NCBI GenBank assembly: GCA_965215885.1
Contig: CBDCEW010000093.1
Coordinates: 62,801-126,800, forward strand
Origin: Candidatus Moanibacter sp.
GTDB lineage: Bacteria; Verrucomicrobiota; Verrucomicrobiia; Opitutales; UBA2987
DNA length: 64,000 nucleotides
Direction: 5' to 3'
The notes beneath the pieces were generated by a model. The model was given only the letters and a program-made list of their open reading frames with translations, was not told the DNA's origin and ran no database searches. Below, in pieces: positions 32,829 to 43,753 of this stretch. A program made the translations under genes and the position numbers. Each line of letters starts with the position of its first letter. The stretch's first letter is position 1.

Positions 32829-33883
32829 AGGGCGAAATATTCGGTCAGGGCGTCCATCAGGCGGCCTGCTCCAAAGCGAACGCTATCGGTTGCAGGAAGG
32901 CCCGTCTCTTCCTCGACCCTCTCGATTTCGCGCTTCGCTTCCTGCTCCGAAAGATCGGCGCAATTCAAACTAATCCCGACTACCTTCGAAGGTGAGATGG
33001 GACTCAGAAGCGCTTCGTGCATGGACACCGTATCGCTCAAGGGCGGCACGGGGATCCGTGTGTGCCGGAGATACGACCGCCCCGGCTGGTGACAAAGGAT
33101 CATGGCCTTGGGACAAGCGCCATGCATCAGCCCGAGCGTAACCCCGGAGAAGGAGGGATGGAAAATTGCACCCTGCCCTTCGATAAAAACCCACTCGCTC
33201 TCTCTGCATTCAAGAACCATTCGTTCAACCACGCCGGAAAGAAAATCCGATATGACTCGGTCAATCGCAATTCCCCGGCCGCAAATCATGACCCCCGTTT
33301 GGCCGGTCGGGAGAAATATTGCCTCTCCTCCGCGGCGCCGGCACTCATTTTTCAGTTCGATCGCGCAGATTTTCTTCCCAATATTACAGTCAGTCCCCAC
33401 CGTAAGGACTGTTTTGACGCCTAAATCGCGTGCCAGCGCCATCCCCACGGAGCCTTCTTCCGGCGGACGTCGAACGTCCCAAATGGGAACGCTCTTCTTG
33501 CGGGCGAGAGCCGAAAGCACAGGATCGTCGCCCAGCATCGTGTGCAGACCGCTCACGATTGCCATGCCGCGCTCGATGGCCTCGCTCACGTGCTCTTTCA
33601 GTCTATCCGGCAACCGTCCCCCGGGTGTGGCAATCCCAATGATGGCCGTGTCCGGTTCATATTTATCGAGTTCCGAAAAGCTCGCTGCAATCGGTATCCC
33701 CGCTCCCACCCCGATCAGCTCTTCCAATCGCTGTCCGGCATGGCCAGGATCCAGCACACCGATCACTTCATCCCGCCGGTACCGAATGATCCCCACCGCC
33801 GTCTTGGCCGTAAACGGATCTAACCTTCCCTCCGTCAGGATTATGATACGTCTCTTTTCCGATAAAGATCTCAGCCCGGTCAT
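32825..33883 (-). CDS. DUF1611 protein (DgcN-like D-glutamate N-acetyltransferase)
   Basis: AKTA, GTDCNIGK, TGQTG, EGQG and LCH motifs; overlaps the epimerase gene by 4 nt. Confidence 0.88.
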   Translation of the reverse strand: MTGLRSLSEKRRIIILTEGRLDPFTAKTAVGIIRYRRDEVIGVLDPGHAGQRLEELIGVGAGIPIAASFSELDKYEPDTAIIGIATPGGRLPDRLKEHVSEAIERGMAIVSGLHTMLGDDPVLSALARKKSVPIWDVRRPPEEGSVGMALARDLGVKTVLTVGTDCNIGKKICAIELKNECRRRGGEAIFLPTGQTGVMICGRGIAIDRVISDFLSGVVERMVLECRESEWVFIEGQGAIFHPSFSGVTLGLMHGACPKAMILCHQPGRSYLRHTRIPVPPLSDTVSMHEALLSPISPSKVVGISLNCADLSEQEAKREIERVEEETGLPATDSVRFGAGRLMDALTEYFAL

Positions 33884-34285
33884 TTTATTCTGCTAAGAAA
33901 GTCGTCGTTTTGGGGTTCACGGCCACTTTCTCACGAATTCGGCTACAATTTTCAACAACTTATAAAGTGTCGTAGTCCCTCCAGGAGATATGCGGGCTAA
34001 ATCACCCGCACTCGAAGCCCAGTAACAGCGCCTGGAACCTGCAGGACATCAGCGACCAGTCGATGCTTACACCATTACCCTCTACATATCCCCCTCCCAC
34101 TTTCTTATTATACATTTAACAAAAATGTTAAATGAAGACTCCTAGCCTTTTCAATCCGTTGCCAGTCTCGCTTTGCAAAGTTCTTTTTTGGCGGTTCGGG
34201 CTCTCGCGTGTTGAGACCAGCCTGAAGGAGCGGGAGCGTTTTCATGAGGATCGCAGAACCGCTACGCGCCGTCACACCATAGGTA

Positions 34286-36506
34286 GACCCCATTCGAAAA
34301 GCCTTTCGAGATTCTCGGAGCATTAGGTGATGATATTGATGGCCTTATGTAAGTTAAAGACGAAATCATCACAGAGTGCGGGAGTGGATTCAGCGCCTAT
34401 GGAAGACTTGAGGCTGAGAACCAGTTGCCTGCATGCAGCAAGAATTTTAGGCTGCGTTATGATTACGGATCATACATCGATCTGCATCGATGAAGCGATC
34501 CTTGGGGTAATGATTTTTATTTTCGATCGCCCAATGGCGAATTTTCGAGAGGAACTGTTGAGGGCTCAAATCGGCTGCATCGAGACTGCTTACGTAGTAA
34601 GATTTGCCGAAAAGCTACTGATTGGCCGCAAAGAGGCGCAAAAGGCGCAAGAAAAACTTGAGAAAAATCATTTTTTGGCTTGATAAAAAGTGTCGCAACA
34701 TGCTAGTGTTTAACAACTTAAGATTAAGAAAGGAGTTAAACATGCCAACATGTGCGACAGAGGAGAACAAAAGCGATAAGACGCCCCTTAGCAACCTCAT
34801 TCTGCCGGTTCCAGACACGGATTTCCGTGATTTTCTGGATGAAGTTGAAGAATTGGCCGGGTTCGCGCCGCAAATCATCGAGGCGATCGAGAAGGATCTG
34901 GACGCCCATGCGCGTGAGAAGAAGAAACTTCGATTGGAAGATCGCAGGTTCTTTGAAGGGCGCACAGCGGAGCTGCCGGAGCTGGACATCGAGGAGGAGA
35001 ATATTCTGGCTGCTGAATTGAATCTTGGGGCAGGCAGGCCGCGGATGCCGGCTTATGCGGTATACGTGTTCGTGATGATTCGAGGGTTTCTGGGTTCGTT
35101 GACCACGAAACCGGCACGGCGGTTTGTGCGCGAGTCGATGAGCTTGTACGGATTTTTGCAGAGCGGGGGACTGAGAATGCCGGCGGTGACGACGATTCTG
35201 GAGAACGTGAACCTGGTCAGCCATACGACCCGCGAGTTGATCTTTGATAAACAGATTGGGTTTATCCTCCAGGAGCAATGGGACGATTTCGGGAAGCTGA
35301 CGATCGACAGCACCTCGGTGAAAGCAAACAGCTGCTGGCCCACCGATGGGAAGATTCTGAGCGGTCTTTTGATGCGGGCCAATCGTTTGGGTCAGAAGTT
35401 GCATGTCTTCGGGCTGGAGGATTTTCGCAAGGGATGGGTTGGGCGTTGGCTGGAGGAAATGGACAAGCTGGAGTTTCAGATTTGTCTGGCCGCGGGCAAA
35501 CCGAAGTCGAAGGGCAAGCTGAAGAAACACTACCGGCGGTTGCTCAAGCGGGGCCGCAAGGCGGCCGACTCACTAACGGGGGAACTGAGCCATCTTGAAG
35601 AGGGCCTGTCGATGGATTCACTGCCTCCCACTCGCCGGGAGCTTCTGGAGCGGGCATTGAGCCAGATCAGGGGTGATATTGCCGACGCCAAGCGGGTTGT
35701 TGAGTATGCTCATGATCGGGTGTTTCACGAAAAGAAGCTACCGTCCACACAGAAGGTCCTGAGCCTCTCGGACGGATCGGCGGCCTACATCAAGAAGGGC
35801 AGCCGCAATCCAGTGATCGGGTACAAGCCACAACTGGTTCGCAGCGAAAACGGTTTTGTCACCAGCCTGATCGTACCGCAAGGCAATGCGGCAGACTCCA
35901 TTGAGCTGGCGCCGGCCATCGGCGATTCGATCAAGCGCACCGGTGTCATTGCTGAACTGGTCAGCACCGATGACGGATATGCTTCGGCGAAGGGACGCAA
36001 GGAGGTGCTGAGCATGGGGGTAAAGCAGATCAGTATCAGTGGGGCGAAGGGCAAGAAGTTGACCACCCCGTTAGGACTCGAGCGAGGCGTATCGCGAGGC
36101 ACGCCGCGATCGCTCCGCAGTGGAGTTTCTGATGTTCACGATTAAAGATGGATTTGCCTTTGGGTTCGGCCGCCGCGGCATCGATGCGGAGGCGATGAAT
36201 CGAGAAGGTTCTGGCCTACAACTTCTGCCGCATCATACTGATGAAGAAACGCCGATCCCTTGGAACTGGATCAGGCAGCCTGAATCTGACCGCTTTGAAG
36301 CTCAGAGAAAAAAGCACCACGGGATGAGTATGCCTCCAGACAGCGGCAAATATACGTATTGTGCAGCAAGCCACGCCGATGGCCGCTCAATACCTGCTCA
36401 TCGGCAGCGCCGGCAGCCTAAAACCCGAAACCTGCCAGCCATAGGCTGGTCCGCCCGTGGCGGAGAACCTTAAACCGCCCGCTCGAAAGGCTTTTCGAAT
36501 GGGGTC
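34286..36506 (+). mobile_element. Insertion sequence, IS5/ISNCY-like, copy 2 with an extended left end
   Basis: Perfect 25-bp IR GACCCCATTCGAAAAGCCTTTCGAG at 34286-34310 / 36482-36506. Confidence 0.85.
34742..36283 (+). pseudogene. DDE transposase, copy 2; multiple indels after about 36070
   Basis: Near-identical to copy 1; intact N-terminus, degraded C-terminus. Confidence 0.85.
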
Positions 36507-38058
36507 TAGTAAGAGCGTTCAGAGGAAGGTTCAGCTTTGTTTGGATAATGGAAGGTGCGTTGCACACAGGCGAACTGGCGGGCATGGGGCAGGCCGGCAG
36601 AGGGAGCGCTTAGAGAATGGGTTGCTATTTGACGTATTTCGAGTCGCCCATGGTCATTGTCCACGGTTTGGTGGAGAAAAAGGGGGTGGAGCTGAAGAGA
36701 TTCTGAGCGTATTGATGCATGTTGGGCTGATTGTCTTTAATTTGAATAACATAGTCAGCACTGAGTTCTTCGACGACGATGTGGGCAGTTTCTTTTTGAT
36801 TATGCATGGCGTCGAAGGTGAAAGCCGTCCAAAATGGGCATCTTTCGCAAGAGAGTCTGGGCGGCGGTGATCGCGTTGGATTTATCGGCGGTAGCGACTT
36901 GGGCTAAGGTTTGAGCGCTTTGGTGATCGACTGCGGCCACCAGGTGCAGAGCCTTTGATTCTTCGGTGTTTGTGCCTTTGAGGGTCTTGCCGTCGACGGC
37001 AATATCGCGGGGCAAACAGCCGTCTTGTAAGCAGATGAATTCGGTGAGGGTTTTATCGAAGAGCTCGGCCTTTACGTTTTGCAAGACCCGATAGAAGACA
37101 TCATAGCAAGGGGCCTTATAGCGGCCTGTTTTGGGGTTTTCCAGGAGCGTAAGGCGCGCAATTGGGCTTGATTGAGATGATGGGCCAGGCGCACGATGCC
37201 CTTGAGGGTCTGTTTGCCGCACATCGTGCCGAGCACAATCATGCTCAGGACCGTGGCGAGCCGATATCTAAGGCCCGCTTTACGACGGAAGTCTTCTATC
37301 TGATTGAAGCGTTCCCACAGGCTGCTCATCTGTTCCACTTTGAGGCAGACCGCATGGGAGTTATCGGTTTCATTGAGCGCCTGGATCTGTGCCGCGGGCA
37401 ATGGCCCTGAAGCGCGCAAAAGCTCAAGGGCATTAGCCTTGAGGGGTTTGACCCAGATCTGCTTGGGACGCTCATGGCGTTGATAGAAATCTTCGCGTTG
37501 GCGGCCATATCCCGCGCTCAAGCCCAAGGGCGTCCACCCGCTCGCTTCGTAGCAAGTGCCCCGGTGAATCTGTGGGTCCACGAACGTTTCCGCTACTAAG
37601 GGACGATAGCCAAAAGCCTCCTGCCAGTGATCGGCTAAGACTCTCAGGCACATACCCAACGTCTTGGAGGCCAAATTTGCAAGATCCACCCCGGGCAAAA
37701 TCAGAAAACGCCGGTTTTGTACTACCAGTTCTCTGTCGCACCGTTGGCCCGTTTAACTCCATTCGTCTCGATCCTTCAGCCGGTTGCGGCCCCCCACAAG
37801 AGCAGGCCCATCCATTGCATGATCTGCGCCACATACAGGGTCTCTTGCGCTGCAAGCACAAAAAATGATGTTGTTCTCAAGTAGATCATTGAATCGCTCC
37901 TGCTCTTCGGGCGACCAGACGCAGAGTTAAACGATCCGAAGGATTCAGTTGGTAAGATTTTTGCTTTCATCGGATCTTAACATGACTGATTCCCTCGGGT
38001 GTTTAGCTCTTTTTTTATCTTCTTGCAAGCTAGTTCCTTCCTGGAACTTTTAGCCCTG
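36507..38058 (-). mobile_element. Truncated, frameshifted ISAs1-family element with an N-terminal DUF4338 (DruA-like) domain
   Basis: CAGGGC end at 38058; NLAS..L...ETFVD...GTCY.ASGW (DUF4338); DFRR..G.RY.L; VDGKTLKG; KSN; DAMH; KDNQP; HGRLE; cut at ERSYY by IS copy 2. Confidence 0.8.
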
Positions 38059-38155
38059 TTCGCGCTGTATGCATCGCTCATCCTTTCTTGACTTTCCCGT
38101 GTTCAGCCATACCCTAATGGCGCGTGGCATGAAACCTTCCCAACAGTACTAGTAC

Positions 38156-39625
38156 ATGCACATGCACCACACTGAAAATGTTCTCTTTGTTATTGTCTTC
38201 GTGCTCGCGATGCTGCCGTTGATCGGTGTGGTGCTGCGCCGTGCCAGCGTTAGGATTCGGGTCCTCCTCCTGGCATTGGCGGGCGCTGCCATGATGGCAG
38301 CAATCCCGCGCCCGATGGAGGATATCTCGCTGGAGCGGGCACTGCCCATGCCCACAGTCGAGAACGGTATGCGATCATCGAGCTCGTGTATGGGTTGTCA
38401 CCCGGGACAATACAAGACCTGGCACGGCAGCTTCCACCGCACGATGACTCAGGCAGCCAGCCCGAAATCTGTTGTCGGAAAATTTGAAGGACAGCGACTT
38501 GAGTGGAACGGCCAGGCCTTCGTTCTCGCTCGCCGCGACGACGAGTTCTGGATCACCGAGGTGGAGGCTGCAGATAACTCACAGGTGCCTGTTGCAGAGC
38601 CGCAACGGGTCATGATGACGACGGGCTCGCGCCATCAGCAGATCTATTGGACGTCCGACGACGGTGGCGGGCTCAAGCAGTTGCCGTGGGTCTACGAAAT
38701 CGCTATGGCTCGCTGGATTCCGTCGGAACATACGTTTCTTCGGCCGGACGATTGGAAACAGTACCAACCGACGTGGAATCACGACTGTATACGCTGTCAC
38801 TCGGTCGGGCCCCACCCGAACTTCAACGCGCAGGGCAAAAAGTGGGAGACAAGGGTGACCGAACTCGGGATTGCCTGCGCCGGCTGCCATGGGCCCGCCG
38901 CCGAACACATTCGTGCGCATCGCAACCCGCTGCACCGCCACTCCGTCCGCGCGTCGGGAGAGGCGGATCCCACCATCATCAATCCCGCCCGTCTTAATAA
39001 GGAGCGCTCCACCGAAGTTTGCGGCCAATGCCATTCCTTCATGTCGTTTTATGACGACAAGGCTCACAACGACGACTTCCATAGCGACCGCTGGCGGCAG
39101 TACCGCCCCGGGGGGAAGCTGGAGGAATACTTCAAACTTTACAAAGGTGCCAACCACAAGAACAGCTACTGGCCGGACGGCAGCGCCCGCATCGGTGGCC
39201 GCGAGTTCAACGCCATGATTCTGTCCCGTTGCTACACCCAAGGCCAGATGACCTGCCTGTCGTGCCATACCATGCACGGCGACGATCCCTATGACCAGAT
39301 GAAGCCTGTGATGAAGAGCGACGAAGGCTGTCTGCAATGCCACGGGAACTTCCGCAATGACATCAAGGCCCACACGCACCATCCGGTTGGCAGCGACGGC
39401 AGCCGCTGTTACAACTGCCACATGCCGTATACCGGCTACGCCCTTCTTGGCGCCGTGCGCATGCATCGCGTCGATTCTGCTACCACGTCCAGGCGATCGA
39501 CTCGCGACCGGCCCAACGCCTGTAATCTCTGTCATCTCGACAAAACGCTGGCATGGACGGCCAAGCACCTGACGGACTGGTATGACACTCCATCAAGCCC
39601 TATGTCCACAGATCACGCCGAAGTT
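38156..39625 (+). pseudogene. Membrane-anchored multiheme cytochrome c (8 CxxCH), truncated at the C-terminus by an IS
   Basis: CMGCH, CIRCH, CAGCH, CGQCH, CLSCH, CLQCH, CYNCH, CNLCH; the last ~23 codons of ORF 38156..39697 are IS sequence. Confidence 0.8.
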
Positions 39626-41999
39626 CAGAACTCGCTATCATGCGGGTTGGCGGGCAGGGGGCAATCGCAGATACAATTCCCGGCTTTTAAGAGCTAAAGA
39701 AAACGGTAGGCTTCATCTTCGAACCATCAAATTCGAAGAAAAATGGAGAAACCTACCGTCAAAGAAGAGACCTTCTTACAGTGCATCCTTGGAGTGGACA
39801 AGGGTAATCCCTCGATCACGGTCTATCGGGATCTGAGGGAAGGCAAACTGCACGTCTATTACGGGCATGAGCTTTTTGAAGTCGTAGAGGACGATCGGGA
39901 GCAAGTTGAATTCAAGCTATTGGAGGGGCGCCTCTACAATGCGGGGTTGAAGAAAGGGCGCTTAGAGAAGCAATTTGAGGTTGACCCCAAAACGATGAAG
40001 CGGTGGGGGGAGGCGCTTCAAAGCGGAGATGCCGAGACCTTAGCGCGAGTGCTGGCGGGACGCAGCGCTCATCGCAAATTGACGAGGGAAATCCGGAGTT
40101 TTGTGCGGGTGCGCTTCGGGCAGATCTATGGGGAGAGTCGGTATGGCTACAGCAAGAAGATACGGGGGGAGATCGAGGAGGTGTTCGGAGTTAACCTCAG
40201 TGGGGAAACTTTGCGCCCTGTCTTTAAGGAGCTTAAAGAGGCCCGGGCAAAGGAGGCCGAAGCCGAGAGGGCGCAAAATCGGGAGACTCCCTGGGATTGC
40301 CCGGAGGACTCGGGGAGGGACGAACAGGAGCAAGAAGCAGAAAATAGCCCCGAAAGCGAAGGGGACAATCGCAAGGGGTCTCCCGATTTTTCGAGGGAGA
40401 GCTCCGAAGCGGTGCAATGGTATCGGCACCTGGGAGTACTTCTGTTCAGTGCCGCGCTCAGAGAAGTCGCTCAGATTGATCGCGAAGAGGGCTGGCTTTT
40501 GAAACAATGGGTGGCTTGCGGGTTGTTGGCCGCGGTCAATATCGAGCAGAGCAAACTGCTCGATCTCGAAGACCTGCAAAAACTCATCGGGCGAGTCCTG
40601 TATACCCCCTATCTGCAACGCCAAAGCCTTAGCGCCCTGGCCGATGAAGGGCTTTTAAGAGAGATCCTCAGAGTGAACGCGAGGGGCCTGAATGCTTCGG
40701 ATGAAGAGAGCTTTTATTATGATCCGCACACCAAACATTACACCGGAATGAGCAAGGTGCTGGCGGGATGGTGTCCGGGTATCCGTCTGGCCGACAAAGC
40801 GCTCCACAGCGATTTTATTCATACCCTCAAGGGCTATCCGGTCTATTTTGCGAGCACTGACAACTATGAGGATATAAGGGAACGGTTTATCCCCAACTGC
40901 GAAGCGATGCTCGAGCTGGTGCAGTTGCCGGCTGATAAAAAGGTGAGTATTTACGTGGACCGGGCGATCGCCGCGGAGTGGTTTTACGAAGCCATCGTGG
41001 AGCATCCTCAACTCGAAATCATTACCTGGGAAAAAGGTTACAAGGCCAGCGCCCAGCCCCTCCAACGGATCGACGGGCAGTTGCGCCTGCAGCGCGCGCG
41101 CAACCATGCCGAAGATCTCCAGGAGTATCATCTTCGCTATCAGCGGGGCCCCTGGAAGAAAAATCCTCAACTGGTGCAGTGGATCGTGGAGGCGACCAAT
41201 CCAAAAAATCGAACCATTACCGTGAGCATCCTGGCGACCGATCAGCAGGCCCGAAATGAAGAGGTAATCAAAGGGATGTTCAGTCGCTGGATTCAGGAGA
41301 ATGACTTCAAATACCTCGATAAGCACTTTGGGATTAATCAGATCACCTCTTATCGCACCGTCCACTACAAGCGATTAGCCCAACACCTTGAGGACAAGCA
41401 GGAGAAAAGCGGTGCCGCCAAAGCCCTCCTGAAGCAAAAACAGCAATGCACCGAAGAATTGAAAAGACTGCTCCTGGCCGAGCATGCCCACCCGGGCAAA
41501 AGCGCCTCAAGGGGCGAAAAGATCCGTCGACTCGATCAGGCCCTCAAAGCCCTCCAACTCGAACTGGAGCAAATCGACACCGAATGCTCGAGGCTGCAGC
41601 GCCTCATTGATGAAAACTATGTCCGCCTGGACACCGCTAACAAGTCCCTCATGGATGCCTTGAAAATCTTCGCCCGTAACAGCTTCTACAAGCAGCTCGA
41701 ACCCTTTAAAGCTCGCTACAACAACTATCGTGACGACCACGATCTGTTTCGCAATTTGACTCACAGTGACGGCGTTCTTATAGAGAGGGGCTGTGCGGTC
41801 GAAGCGCATTTATTCCCCACCGCAACTTATCCCCCTCGGGTGCAGGCGGTGGTGCTTGAGTATCTGCAAACTCTCAATCAGAAGCCCTTACTGATGCCCG
41901 ACGGTTCAGGCCGAAGAATCATCTTCCGACTGGGCAAAAAATCGGGATTTAAACTTGCGATTGCATAGTGCCTTTAGAGGGGCAATATAGTGAGGTCTG
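39626..41999 (+). mobile_element. Unclassified insertion sequence (2374 bp)
   Basis: IR CAGAACTCGCTATCATGC vs CAGACCTCACTATATTGC (14/18); AAGTT on both flanks (39621-39625, 42000-42004). Confidence 0.8.
39743..41968 (+). CDS. Putative DDE transposase with an N-terminal HTH
   Basis: YYDPH, YVDR and RWIQENDFKY (DDE-like triad); fills the IR-bounded element. Confidence 0.8.
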   Translation: MEKPTVKEETFLQCILGVDKGNPSITVYRDLREGKLHVYYGHELFEVVEDDREQVEFKLLEGRLYNAGLKKGRLEKQFEVDPKTMKRWGEALQSGDAETLARVLAGRSAHRKLTREIRSFVRVRFGQIYGESRYGYSKKIRGEIEEVFGVNLSGETLRPVFKELKEARAKEAEAERAQNRETPWDCPEDSGRDEQEQEAENSPESEGDNRKGSPDFSRESSEAVQWYRHLGVLLFSAALREVAQIDREEGWLLKQWVACGLLAAVNIEQSKLLDLEDLQKLIGRVLYTPYLQRQSLSALADEGLLREILRVNARGLNASDEESFYYDPHTKHYTGMSKVLAGWCPGIRLADKALHSDFIHTLKGYPVYFASTDNYEDIRERFIPNCEAMLELVQLPADKKVSIYVDRAIAAEWFYEAIVEHPQLEIITWEKGYKASAQPLQRIDGQLRLQRARNHAEDLQEYHLRYQRGPWKKNPQLVQWIVEATNPKNRTITVSILATDQQARNEEVIKGMFSRWIQENDFKYLDKHFGINQITSYRTVHYKRLAQHLEDKQEKSGAAKALLKQKQQCTEELKRLLLAEHAHPGKSASRGEKIRRLDQALKALQLELEQIDTECSRLQRLIDENYVRLDTANKSLMDALKIFARNSFYKQLEPFKARYNNYRDDHDLFRNLTHSDGVLIERGCAVEAHLFPTATYPPRVQAVVLEYLQTLNQKPLLMPDGSGRRIIFRLGKKSGFKLAIA

Positions 42000-42004
42000 A
42001 AGTT

Positions 42005-42031
42005 GATCTCCAACCGCATTGTTGGGCCGCA
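42005..42031 (-). other. Truncated attC (R'' end) of cassette 2
   Basis: Minus strand TGCGGCCCAAC-AATGCGGTTGGAGATC is an 11-bp complement of the cassette 5' end GTTGGGCCGCA; cut by the IS. Confidence 0.65.
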
Positions 42032-42090
42032 CCGTGCGTCTCGCGGTCGTCGCTCGTGCTTGAGGCCTGAAGCTCGTAGTATGTAGAGAT

Positions 42091-42723
42091 CTACAGCCGC
42101 TCCAGCCATGGACTGTCGGGGTTGGCGATCTCCAGAGCCGACCGCAGCCAGGCGCAGGCAGCTGCGTCGAGCGAGGGGATTACTACCGAGAAATCGGCGT
42201 TGTCTTTGGGGCGGTTGCCCTTAGCCTTCAAGTGCAGCACCATCTCAGGCCTCAGGTACCGGATGCCGTCTTCGGCATTGAACACGGAGTCTATATACCG
42301 GCGTCGGATTCGCTCATCGCGCACGGAGATCCAGGTATCGGACTCGTGTGGCGTCAATAACAGATCGAACAGCCACGGGTTCACGGAGTCCCGGCGAACC
42401 CAAAGCTGACGGCACCCCTCCGGAAGCTCATCAGGAACACGGAGTGGGCGCAGGGCGCCGCTGAGGTTGGACCACACGCAGTAGTTCGGGAGCAGATGGT
42501 CGAGGACGGCTGGCAGATCGCCCCGGAAAATCGCAACGTCAGTGTCATCATGCTCGCGTGAATGGCCAGTGAACGCCTCAATCGCCCATCCGCCGACGAT
42601 CCACCAGGAAGACGACATCCCGGCCATTATTTGGGCGATGTCAGGCGGCGAAGGTTGTAACCACGGGCCGTACCAACGAAAGAATTCGGCATCATCCGAT
42701 TCTGGAGTCCTCTCAAGCGCCAT
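42091..42723 (-). CDS. Nucleotidyltransferase, ANT(2'')/Lnu-like fold (integron cassette 2)
   Basis: WWIVGGWAI...REHDDTD, LRPE.VL..K and KDNADF motifs. Confidence 0.75.
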   Translation of the reverse strand: MALERTPESDDAEFFRWYGPWLQPSPPDIAQIMAGMSSSWWIVGGWAIEAFTGHSREHDDTDVAIFRGDLPAVLDHLLPNYCVWSNLSGALRPLRVPDELPEGCRQLWVRRDSVNPWLFDLLLTPHESDTWISVRDERIRRRYIDSVFNAEDGIRYLRPEMVLHLKAKGNRPKDNADFSVVIPSLDAAACAWLRSALEIANPDSPWLERL

Positions 42724-42752
42724 GATGAGCGGTGGTATTATGAGGGAATGCG

Positions 42753-42815
42753 GCCCAACGTTAAGGCTGTGGAACGACGGCGTCAGCCGTCGTTTCTACG
42801 AGCCGCTTGTTAGCT
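42753..42815 (-). other. attC site (63 bp)
   Basis: AGCTAAC...GTTGGGC cores; central perfect 9-bp stem AACGACGGC/GCCGTCGTT; L boxes with one extrahelical base; 6 nt after a stop codon. Confidence 0.85.
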
Positions 42816-42821
42816 GGTAGG

Positions 42822-43732
42822 TTAACCCTTCAGTTTCTCTAGAAGCTTCTCCAGGCTGTCGAGATAGGAGAGCAAAATACTCCGCCAAGCATGGCTGTGA
42901 TCCGAAACGGGGTAAGTGAGGCCAAAATACTTGTGTGCGCGAAGTACTCCGTCAGAACGGTCACCGTGGACCGGATAACCTTGGCGTAGGTTATTGATAG
43001 CTTGCAATGTTTCAACAACCTTCCGATTTTGCATAGAATTCTGTGCCAGGTATGTTTCCAAGAGCTTTATCGACTTCACCTGGGTATCCGTGATTCCAGT
43101 GAGCTTTCGAAGCTTCGGAACGTTGAGTCCGGTGGCAGCATTTGCCAGCGCACAAACCCGGTAGAAGAACTCCTCAGGGGATGTAGCGTCTCGAAAAAGC
43201 TGAAGTAGATCCCTCTCCTCTCGGACAGCAATCAACTTGTCGCCATGCTTTTCGTGGAACAGAGCATTGATATTGTCTCGGGTGTCGATGATGCGAGAGG
43301 CAAGTTGGAGGAACATAGTATCTTCCATAAGCGGCTTACCTTTTTGCTCGATCTCCAAAGTCGCACCAGAGGGGTCTTCTATTCGGTCAGGATCGAAGGG
43401 GCACCGAGTCTCGGTATTTACTGTGTGCAGAAGCAATTCCTCAGACTGGGATAAAGTCTTATCGAGGACTTTCTGTTTGAGGTATCGCTGGGATAAAGTC
43501 GACCGTATTCGAAAAGGATCCGTGGTAATAGGTGCTTGGGGAGTTGCCAACATGCTTCAAGAGGCCCGCTCACGCCAACGATAAGGGTGTGCTGAGTACT
43601 TTTTGCAATTTCCTCCGGTGCACCGACGAAGTTCGAATCAACCATCCGGAATGGATAGCGATATTCCGTGGCGTCCCGCCTGATAGGCAGCTCCCGCGGT
43701 GTTTCAAATGTAAGGATTTTACCCATTTCCAC
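42822..43732 (-). CDS. Hypothetical protein (integron cassette 1), probably one gene frameshifted near 43500
   Basis: Overlapping ORFs 43418..43732 and 42822..43553 fill the space between GTTAGCTG (43760) and the attC. Confidence 0.6.
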
Positions 43733-43753
43733 TTCAATCTATAGGTTGTTGAC

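Noticed and set aside
34108..34285. Continuation of the ISAs1 transposase left of IS copy 2
   Set aside because: No convincing HWxIEN/ED motif or second CAGGGC end was found by eye.
37072..37698. Druantia anti-phage system
   Set aside because: The DUF4338 domain is part of an ISAs1 transposase; no DruE helicase or other dru genes are present.
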